Below, in pieces: positions 8,236 through 14,768 of a stretch of DNA of 25,805 nt (position 1 is its first letter; every line of letters begins with the position of its first letter). A program made the position numbers and the translations under genes. The notes under the pieces were generated by a model. That model was not told where the DNA came from and made no database searches. It was given only the letters and a program-made list of their open reading frames with translations. Source of the stretch: a virus (lineage: Duplodnaviria > Caudoviricetes); the IMG/VR virus record IMGVR_UViG_3300010376_000121, positions 1-25,805 of that record; one strand, 5' to 3'.

Positions 8236-8526
8236 ATGTCGATGGGAGTCGTCACGTCTAGCCCGCCCGGCTTTCCTGGGGCCACCTTCTCGCGCTACGC
8301 GACACCGCTTGCGATCCCGGCTGCGGGACGCCCGTGGATCGTCCCGAAGGGGAACTGGATGATTGCGCCATCCGGCACCGACCACGTCGAGATCATCACC
8401 AGCACCGGCACGATCGCACTGTCCGCCGCCGGGGTAGGGGTGCCGTACGTGGCCGCAGACGGAACCAACGTCCAGGTCAACGGCACTGGCGGGGCCGGCA
8501 CAGCGATCCAGGTGCTGGGAACCTAA
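8236..8526 (+). CDS. Putative capsid decoration / minor head protein
   Basis: AAGGAG RBS, small beta-rich G/T/V/A protein immediately after MCP. Confidence 0.6.
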   Translation: MSMGVVTSSPPGFPGATFSRYATPLAIPAAGRPWIVPKGNWMIAPSGTDHVEIITSTGTIALSAAGVGVPYVAADGTNVQVNGTGGAGTAIQVLGT

Positions 8527-9222
8527 GTGCTTGCCGAGCACCAGGCACAGACTCAGAACCTGCTAAACGACACCGGCGGGCAGTTCTTTACCCTGCCGAC
8601 GCTAACCAACTACATCAATCGCGCCAGACGGCGCATCGCGATGGCGTCGGGCTGCATCCGCGTCCTGCCGGCCGGCGTGCAGACGCAGATCAATCAGGAA
8701 GTGTACCCCTTCAATGCCTGGACTTCGCTGGTACAGGCCGTGCCAGGGGTGCGTGAGATCCTAGCCGTGCGCTCACTGGCGATCGCCATCGGCGAAACAC
8801 CGGGCGCATGGAAACCGGTGTGGAACCGCATTCCCTGGACCGATTTCCAGGCGCGCTTCCGGATCTGGAACGGCGCGTGGATCGGCACGATTTCGTATCC
8901 CGGCTACTACGCGCAGTATGGCTTCGGTGTTGGTGGCTCGATCTACCTGGCGCCCATCCCGTCCCAGCAACAGCCGATGGAAGTGGACTGCTCGTGTATG
9001 CCGTTTCCGCTGCAGACGGACAACGATGCCGAGGCGATCCCGCTGCCGTGGAGTGACGCAGTGCCGTACATGGCGGCGTTCTTCTGTTTGCTGCAGCAAC
9101 AGCGTCTGCAGGACGCCGCGGCGATGCTCCAACTGTTCCACACCGAATTGCCGGCATGCGCCAACGCTGTCGCGCCTCAGATGATCACCTCGCCGTACGG
9201 TAGTGCGATGAGGCCGGCGTGA
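8527..9222 (+). CDS. Head-tail adaptor (T7 gp11 / P22 gp4-like position)
   Basis: LTNYINRARRRI N-terminal helix, IYLAPIP and IPLPWSDAVPYMAA motifs typical of adaptors. Confidence 0.8.
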   Translation: MLAEHQAQTQNLLNDTGGQFFTLPTLTNYINRARRRIAMASGCIRVLPAGVQTQINQEVYPFNAWTSLVQAVPGVREILAVRSLAIAIGETPGAWKPVWNRIPWTDFQARFRIWNGAWIGTISYPGYYAQYGFGVGGSIYLAPIPSQQQPMEVDCSCMPFPLQTDNDAEAIPLPWSDAVPYMAAFFCLLQQQRLQDAAAMLQLFHTELPACANAVAPQMITSPYGSAMRPA

Positions 9223-10037
9223 GTGACACGCTAGCGGCCTTACGACGACACTATGCTGAATTGGGCGGGGCTCCTGACGCGGACGCATACAGGGATCTGG
9301 TCCCCAAAGGCTACCTCCAGGTGCCGAGTAATCTGCGGTTTGACTCGCCGCACTTCCTTGTCGAACCAAACGTTGCGCCGTCTGATGACCCTCAAAATTG
9401 GAGCACTTCGTTTCCTGAGAGGGAACGGCTACGGCAACAACTGGAGACGCTGCAAAAGACCGAACTGGAAGCCAGGCAACGCTACAGGAATGCCGACACT
9501 TATGATGAGCGGACGAAGGCTTTTGACGAGTGGATAGCTCTCGTACATCAGCTTACAGAGGCTTACACCACGCTACCGCACTTCCCTATGACGCCGAAAG
9601 AACGTGAGGCTCAGACCCAGGCCGATGCCGATGCGATGATGCGCGGCGTCGAACAGCCGAAGACCGGCCCGATGCGCGGTCGGCTGTATACACTTCCGCA
9701 ATATAACCAGTTGGGTCAGATCCGCCCCTTCGGTCCTGGTGAGTACGTCGATCGTGGCGAGGGGCTGTGGTCGTCCGAGGAGACCCGCACCGTCGAGTAT
9801 GGCGACGGTTATGCCGTGGTCCCTGGCCTGTGGCTCGTCAACGGTAAACCGATGATGGTCGATGACGCGCAGGCGGCGCAGTACGCGCAGCAAAGCAAGC
9901 TGTCCTGGCCGACCTTTCCCACGGTGAAAGAGGCAGAGGACTTCGCCACCCAGCGCGAGGAGAAATGGCAGACCGTGCCGATCGGTCGCAGCGATCTTCA
10001 GCAACCGCTGTGGTCGCGCACCTGGCCACCGGAGTGA
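9219..10037 (+). CDS. Hypothetical two-domain protein
   Basis: GTGA overlap with the adaptor. Helical N-half plus a compact alpha/beta C-half. Confidence 0.75.
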   Translation: MSDTLAALRRHYAELGGAPDADAYRDLVPKGYLQVPSNLRFDSPHFLVEPNVAPSDDPQNWSTSFPERERLRQQLETLQKTELEARQRYRNADTYDERTKAFDEWIALVHQLTEAYTTLPHFPMTPKEREAQTQADADAMMRGVEQPKTGPMRGRLYTLPQYNQLGQIRPFGPGEYVDRGEGLWSSEETRTVEYGDGYAVVPGLWLVNGKPMMVDDAQAAQYAQQSKLSWPTFPTVKEAEDFATQREEKWQTVPIGRSDLQQPLWSRTWPPE

Positions 10038-10040
10038 CGT

Positions 10041-11603
10041 ATGCCGCTGCAGTCGGCGAACCTTCCAGACCAGGTCATGCTCTCGCAATGGGCCGGGGTT
10101 AACCAATCCAGCCCGTCGCGCTCCGCGATCAATGATCAAGAGACGTTCTGGCAGGAAAACTTCTTCCCCTACGCCCCCGGTCAGATCCGCGCCGGCTATG
10201 GGCCTTCGGCGGCGATCTACACCGCGCCTGCCGGCTCCTCGATCCTGCGCATGTTCTTCGGCCGGGTGAACGACAGCCAGGGTCCGACCGCGCTGATGTT
10301 TCTCAACACCGGCGTGGTGCACCAAGTGCTGCTCAATACCGGCGCCGTCACGGCACTGGGCACCATCTGGTCCCCGCTGGACCCCTATAACTTCGCCAGC
10401 GCGAAGGTCTGGCAGCCACAGCAGGTTGGCTACACCACCGGTACGCCGGGCGGCTGGGTGATCGGCTCCACTGCCGGCCTCTATGCCTGGGACGGTGCCA
10501 CGCTCACCGCTCCTGGCCAGGCTGCCCCGGCCTGGCTGACCAACGGCCAGACCACCACGATGCCCACCGTCGGCTCGTTGCCGGGGATCTGGGCTATGGC
10601 GGTCTGGCAGAATCGGCTGTGGGTGATCGGCAAGACGGTGCTGTCCTGGTCCGCGCCCTACAACGGCGCTGACTTCTCGACGGCCAACGGCGGCGGCTCG
10701 GTCGCCTTCGTCGGCGACCAGCTCACCGTGGGCTACACCGATCTCGAGGCGGCCGGCGGTTTCCTCTACCTGTTCGGCGATTCGATGATCAACGTGATCA
10801 GCGCGTTACAGTTGTCCGGGTCGGGTACGATTACCGCACCGTTCACGACGACGTTCCTGAATTCCAACGTTGATCCTCAGATCGGCCACCGCTGGTGGCG
10901 GCCGGCGGCGCGGTGGAGCCAATCCTTCGCGCTCTCGACCGGCATGGGCATCTATCTGTTGCAGGCGAACACCACGCAGTGGGTCTCGCAGAAGGTGACC
11001 GAGGTCTACAACAGCACAGCCTCCTCACCGGTGCCGACCGGTACTGCCGCCACCATCTTCGGCCAGCGCTGGCTGTTGTTCCTGGGACAGATGCGCGATC
11101 CGTACGGTGTCACCCGATCGCTGATCCTCTGCTTCAACGGCTCGCAATGGGTGATTGCCTCGCAGCGCTATGCGCTCACCCTGATCGGTGCCTATGAGGA
11201 GCAGAGCATGATCACGCCGTACGGCACTGACGGCACCAGCCTCTATCGCCTGTTCGCCCAGCCTGACCCAGCGTTGGTGAAACAACTGCTGACCAAGGCC
11301 TACAAAGGCCAGCACAACCTGGCGATCAAAACCTGGAAGCGCGTGTATGCCGAACTGCGCGACTACCATGGCGGGCCGCAAGGGGTTAGCGTGATAGGAA
11401 CGATAACGACAGGAGGGGGAGGCATACCCAATGGCACCCAGGCGGTGTCGTTCCAGATGGAACCGGCAGGTTACAACACCGTGCCACAGCCAACCGATGG
11501 CGCCGGTCTCTGGGCGTCGCTGGACCTGGTGTCGCAATCTCCGGACTTTGCCATCGAGAGTTTGTCGCTGACCTATGAGGAGCGCACTCTGTTCGGGGCA
11601 TGA
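10041..11603 (+). CDS. Tail nozzle / packaged-DNA stabilisation protein (P22 gp10 / T7 gp12-like)
   Basis: 520 aa beta-rich protein with ENFFP, AVWQNRLWV...LSWSAP and LYLFG propeller-type motifs, in the expected position. Confidence 0.82.
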   Translation: MPLQSANLPDQVMLSQWAGVNQSSPSRSAINDQETFWQENFFPYAPGQIRAGYGPSAAIYTAPAGSSILRMFFGRVNDSQGPTALMFLNTGVVHQVLLNTGAVTALGTIWSPLDPYNFASAKVWQPQQVGYTTGTPGGWVIGSTAGLYAWDGATLTAPGQAAPAWLTNGQTTTMPTVGSLPGIWAMAVWQNRLWVIGKTVLSWSAPYNGADFSTANGGGSVAFVGDQLTVGYTDLEAAGGFLYLFGDSMINVISALQLSGSGTITAPFTTTFLNSNVDPQIGHRWWRPAARWSQSFALSTGMGIYLLQANTTQWVSQKVTEVYNSTASSPVPTGTAATIFGQRWLLFLGQMRDPYGVTRSLILCFNGSQWVIASQRYALTLIGAYEEQSMITPYGTDGTSLYRLFAQPDPALVKQLLTKAYKGQHNLAIKTWKRVYAELRDYHGGPQGVSVIGTITTGGGGIPNGTQAVSFQMEPAGYNTVPQPTDGAGLWASLDLVSQSPDFAIESLSLTYEERTLFGA

Positions 11604-11638
11604 AAAAGCCGACGCCGGTGTCCCGCCAGCGTCGGTTT
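11603..11638. terminator. Terminator-like hairpin, possibly bidirectional
   Basis: AAAAA-GCCGACGCCGG-tgtcccg-CCAGCGTCGG-TTT. Followed by 5 T on the minus strand and 3 T on the plus strand. Confidence 0.5.
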
Positions 11639-11701
11639 GCAAGAGCGTTGGTCAGAGTTCCATTGCGCTTACATCGTCACTCTGGCCAGAGGAGAAGTCA
11701 A

Positions 11702-11743
11702 ATGGCTCGTCGTCGTAGGCATCGCCGTTCTCGGCGCCGGTAG
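11702..11743 (+). CDS. Protamine-like peptide 1: MARRRRHRRSRRR (13 aa)
   Basis: AGGAG at 11690-11694, 7 nt before ATG. 9/13 Arg. An in-frame upstream ATG exists at 11600. Confidence 0.72.
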   Translation: MARRRRHRRSRRR

Positions 11744-11863
11744 TTGGCGCGTCTCGGTCGCGGTCGGGGACGGCGCCGGCTCTACGGAGTCGGTCTGCCG
11801 CACCCCCGGCCGCCACTGTTTCGGGGCCGCGTCACCGGGTCTCGACGCAGTAGGAGGCGCTAA
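11744..11863 (+). CDS. Protamine-like peptide 2: (M)ARLGRGRGRRRLYGVGLPHPRPPLFRGRVTGSRRSRRR (39 aa)
   Basis: TTG start abuts the TAG of peptide 1. 14 Arg, no D/E. TAATG overlap with peptide 3. Confidence 0.62.
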   Translation: MARLGRGRGRRRLYGVGLPHPRPPLFRGRVTGSRRSRRR

Positions 11864-11943
11864 TGGCGAGACGTCGCAGAAGCGGCCGACGCTCGCCATT
11901 GCGAGGCGGACGCGCCGGTCCAGTTCGTAGAGGGAGGCGGTAA
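11863..11943 (+). CDS. Protamine-like peptide 3: MARRRRSGRRSPLRGGRAGPVRRGRR (26 aa)
   Basis: AGGAGG at 11852-11857, TAATG coupling at both ends, 12 Arg. Confidence 0.78.
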   Translation: MARRRRSGRRSPLRGGRAGPVRRGRR

Positions 11944-12008
11944 TGGCTCGGAAGAGGTTGAAGCAGACTCGCAGAGCGCGTCGCATGAGGGCGCGCAAGA
12001 GGCGCTAG
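11943..12008 (+). CDS. Protamine-like peptide 4: MARKRLKQTRRARRMRARKRR (21 aa)
   Basis: GGGAGG at 11932-11937, TAATG overlap, 10 Arg + 3 Lys. Confidence 0.78.
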   Translation: MARKRLKQTRRARRMRARKRR

Positions 12009-12095
12009 ATGGCTCGCCGTCATAGGCGGCGCATGGTGATGGTGCCGGCCTCGCGGTCGGCCGCACGTGCCCGTCGACGCGGCCGGCGTCGGTGA
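12009..12095 (+). CDS. Protamine-like peptide 5: MARRHRRRMVMVPASRSAARARRRGRRR (28 aa)
   Basis: AAGAGG upstream, ATG abuts the previous TAG, 13 Arg, GTGA overlap with the nuclease gene. Confidence 0.75.
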   Translation: MARRHRRRMVMVPASRSAARARRRGRRR

Positions 12096-12610
12096 AGGCG
12101 CCGAAGCGTCTCAAGCTAAGGATTCCGGAACCTCCGGAAGATTCGCTGCACAAGTCAGTCGCGGATCTGCTCGATGCACACCTATTGCTACCCGCGACGT
12201 GGACTACCTTTCCGGCCGGGCTGTACGTGCTGAACCCTGCGGCAGCGGGGCGGCTCAAGCGGCTCGGTCTGAAAGCCGGAATGCCCGACATCCTGGTGTT
12301 CTGGCATGGCTGCGTCGGCATCGAGCTCAAGCGGGACAGCGGCACCCGACAGCGCGAGCAGAAGTTCATGCACCTTCGTCTCGAGGCCGCCGGCATCCCT
12401 GTCTATGTGTGCCGTTCGCTCGAGGCGGTGGCTGACGCACTGGTCCGGCACGACGTGCCGCTGCGGGCTTCGGTGGTGCGCGCTCTGCTTGACCGGCCAT
12501 ATCGACCGGCAGAACGTGCGATCGACGTAGGGGAGACAGTCAATGGCAAGCACACGGGCACAGAAGCGAGCGGCGCGGCGCAACCTGCGCAAGGCGCGCT
12601 CCCGGCGTAG
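12092..12610 (+). CDS. VRR-NUC family (PD-(D/E)XK) endonuclease
   Basis: PEDSLH...GLKAGMPDILV...GIELKR...Q...EQKF...GIPVYVCRSLE. Confidence 0.88.
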   Translation: MKAPKRLKLRIPEPPEDSLHKSVADLLDAHLLLPATWTTFPAGLYVLNPAAAGRLKRLGLKAGMPDILVFWHGCVGIELKRDSGTRQREQKFMHLRLEAAGIPVYVCRSLEAVADALVRHDVPLRASVVRALLDRPYRPAERAIDVGETVNGKHTGTEASGAAQPAQGALPA

Positions 12611-12620
12611 GCGGTACTGA
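12543..12620 (+). CDS. Protamine-like peptide 6: MASTRAQKRAARRNLRKARSRRRRY (25 aa)
   Basis: GGGAG RBS at about 12531-12535. 10 Arg + 2 Lys, no D/E. TGATG overlap with the 12620 ORF. Overlaps the nuclease gene tail in another frame. Confidence 0.72.
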   Translation: MASTRAQKRAARRNLRKARSRRRRY

Positions 12621-12943
12621 TGCCAGACGTTAAACGCTCATGGCCATATCTGGGTCAGGCATCCAGCCCGCCGGCTCTGACGCTGACACCGGACGGACTG
12701 CTGAACTCCGCGCGCTCACTCGCAGGTCCTTTGCGCCTGGGTACTGCCGCCGGCGTCGGTCCAAGCGGTGCCCCCGAAGGCGCGTATCGAAACAGCGACT
12801 TCGGAATGGATAGGATTTCGCCGCGGCGGTTTGATCCGATCGGCACCCCGATAGAGCGCTGGCCGAACGGACGTCGCACCTCGCGCCTGGTCGCCGAGCT
12901 ACGCAGCAACACCAACGGCCGGCGGAATGGGAACAACAACTGA
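12620..12943 (+). CDS. Hypothetical protein
   Basis: Coupled start, fills the gap before the needle gene. Confidence 0.6.
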   Translation: MPDVKRSWPYLGQASSPPALTLTPDGLLNSARSLAGPLRLGTAAGVGPSGAPEGAYRNSDFGMDRISPRRFDPIGTPIERWPNGRRTSRLVAELRSNTNGRRNGNNN

Positions 12944-13316
12944 GGGGCTACTCCCGGCCAACGTGCCGTTGTTGCAGCCGGGAACCCCGTACTTCCGTCT
13001 GGTCGACGTCTTGCAGTACACGACCACCGGGAACTCGCAACTGCAGCAAGCGCAGGGAGACATTTCATCGCTACAGAGCCGGATGACAACGGCAGAGAGC
13101 AACATCACAAACCTGCAGTCGCGCATGTCGACCGCGGAGTCGAACATCTCGAATCTGCAGTCGCGCATGACAACGGCGGAGTCGAACATCGCGAACCTGC
13201 AGTCGCGCATGTCGACCGCGGAGTCGAACATTTCAACCCTGCAGTCGCAAACAGCGTCCCTGCAAAATCAGATCAACACAATCAACACGCGGTTGGCGAA
13301 CGCGGGAATCCCGTAA
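12927..13316 (+). CDS. Coiled-coil fibre, tail needle-like (P22 gp26 position)
   Basis: Heptad repeats LQSRM(T/S)TAESNIxx four times, located between the nozzle and the GNAT/ejection genes. Confidence 0.72.
   Translation: MGTTTEGLLPANVPLLQPGTPYFRLVDVLQYTTTGNSQLQQAQGDISSLQSRMTTAESNITNLQSRMSTAESNISNLQSRMTTAESNIANLQSRMSTAESNISTLQSQTASLQNQINTINTRLANAGIP
13071..13248 (+). repeat. Tandem 42-bp repeat, about 4.2 copies
   Basis: Units start at 13071, 13113, 13155, 13197 and partially 13239. Consensus CTGCAGTCGCGCATG...GCGGAGTCGAACAT. Confidence 0.92.
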
Positions 13317-13708
13317 GGCCGTGCGTCTTTGCCGATGTCGCTTTCATCCTGTCGCTCGCGTCGGAGCGCTACAGGCACTTTGATTCTGGACGGACGCTGC
13401 TCTGGCTGACGGCAATGTTGCAAGAACGTAGTGCGCAGTTGATCCGCACCGATCATGCTTTTTGTATCTCCAACATCGTCACCCCGGTCTGGCATCCGAA
13501 GGAGCCAGAGGTGCATGTGCTGTTCCTCTGCTGCGCTGAGGGTCATCACTGGGACGGCGTTAGATTGCTGCGAAGTTCGATCGATTGGGGAAAGGCGAAC
13601 AAGTGCCAGCGGTGGTGGTTCTGCAGCGAGACCGACCACCACATCGATGCGCTGGCGAAGCGGGTCGGTGCATATGCAGCCGTAACCCGATATCGTCTCG
13701 ACCTGTGA
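13313..13708 (+). CDS. GNAT-fold acetyltransferase-like virion assembly protein (start uncertain, first canonical ATG at 13415)
   Basis: VRPCVFADVAFILSL N-terminal GNAT-type motif in frame from 13313. GVRLLRSSIDWGK...ALAKRVG C-terminal motif. Sits before the ejection genes, like T7 gp13. Confidence 0.6.
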   Translation, partial: VRPCVFADVAFILSLASERYRHFDSGRTLLWLTAMLQERSAQLIRTDHAFCISNIVTPVWHPKEPEVHVLFLCCAEGHHWDGVRLLRSSIDWGKANKCQRWWFCSETDHHIDALAKRVGAYAAVTRYRLDL

Positions 13709-13715
13709 GTCGCGC

Positions 13716-14768
13716 GTGGGCAGTAGCAACATACAGGGCGAAACGACGTTTGGTCACATCGCGCAGGTTGCACTGCCGATCATCGGTGGCGTTGCGGGCG
13801 CGCTCTTCGGAGGGGTGGGTGCGCCGATCGGGGCTGCGGCCGGCAGTGCATTGGGCAACGTCATCGCGAATGAGACCGCCCGCGGTGGGGGAGGAGGAGG
13901 TATGGCGACGAACCCGTTCGGTGGCAAAGGCGGCGGCGGCAGTAGCGGCGGCAACGTCACCATCAATCCCGGCAGCCTGACCACCAATGTCGGGCCTCTG
14001 GCGCAGGCTGAGACCCAGCTTGCCCAAGAGGTCAACGCCATCACCCCCATGGAGCTTGGCCAGGCGCAGCCGCTGCTCGGCGCCGGGATGGGCGAATTCA
14101 TCTCGGGGGCAACCGGCCAGCTAACACCGGCGCAACAGGCGACCTCAGACTTCGAGCTCGGCCAGGCCAACCTCGGTACCGAGAGCGCGTTTGCCAATCT
14201 GGGCCTGGGCCCCGGCACCACGATGACCGCGGACCTCAACGCTAATCTCCTTGGGAACGAGGCGCTCAAGAACTCGCTTCTGCAGCAATCGCAGACCGAA
14301 GGCCTGAATGCCATGCGGACCGGCCTCAGCTTCGAGCAGGCCGGGACTGGCGCCGCGGCCACGGCGGGCAACCTGCTCGACGCCGCGGCCAAAGTGCTGG
14401 TTGATCAGAATGCCACCGCGCTCAATGCCTTACGCAGCGCCACATCCGGGTTAGGCAACCTGCTCGGCGGCGGTTCCAGCGGCGGCAAGAAGGGGCACTC
14501 CAATCCCGCGCCATCCACTACCCTCGACAATTTCGATCCGTTTGCCGGCAACACGATCGACTCCAGTCTCAGTGGCAGCACCGCTCCTGGTCCGTTGTTC
14601 GACCTAATTCCATCCGGAGCCACCAGCGCGACGACAGGCAACCCGCTATTCGACTTCGCGCCATTGGGGGCTGGGGCCTTGGCCGGCGCAGGCACAGGTG
14701 ACGTGGCTGGCGGACTGCTCGCCGACGTGCCGAGCCTGATCACCGACGTCATCCCAGGTCTGCTATGA
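13716..14768 (+). CDS. Ejection (internal virion) protein 1
   Basis: Gly/Ala-rich glycine-zipper N-terminus (IIGGVAGALFGGVGAPIGAAAGSALG), first of three large genes. Confidence 0.72.
   Translation: MGSSNIQGETTFGHIAQVALPIIGGVAGALFGGVGAPIGAAAGSALGNVIANETARGGGGGGMATNPFGGKGGGGSSGGNVTINPGSLTTNVGPLAQAETQLAQEVNAITPMELGQAQPLLGAGMGEFISGATGQLTPAQQATSDFELGQANLGTESAFANLGLGPGTTMTADLNANLLGNEALKNSLLQQSQTEGLNAMRTGLSFEQAGTGAAATAGNLLDAAAKVLVDQNATALNALRSATSGLGNLLGGGSSGGKKGHSNPAPSTTLDNFDPFAGNTIDSSLSGSTAPGPLFDLIPSGATSATTGNPLFDFAPLGAGALAGAGTGDVAGGLLADVPSLITDVIPGLL

Noticed and set aside
11600-11743. Longer 47-aa version of peptide 1 starting at ATG 11600
   Set aside because: Possible (ATGA overlap, also basic), but it runs through the hairpin, and ATG 11702 has a strong AGGAG and the shared MAR start.
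11637-12023. ORF-track ORFs across the peptide array (11637-11930 +, 11669-11998 -, 11832-12023 -)
   Set aside because: No RBS or coupling and no recognisable motifs. The micro-ORF tiling with SD sites explains the region better.
13071-13248. Possible CRISPR-like array
   Set aside because: Contiguous in-frame 42-bp coding repeats with no unique spacers and no cas genes.
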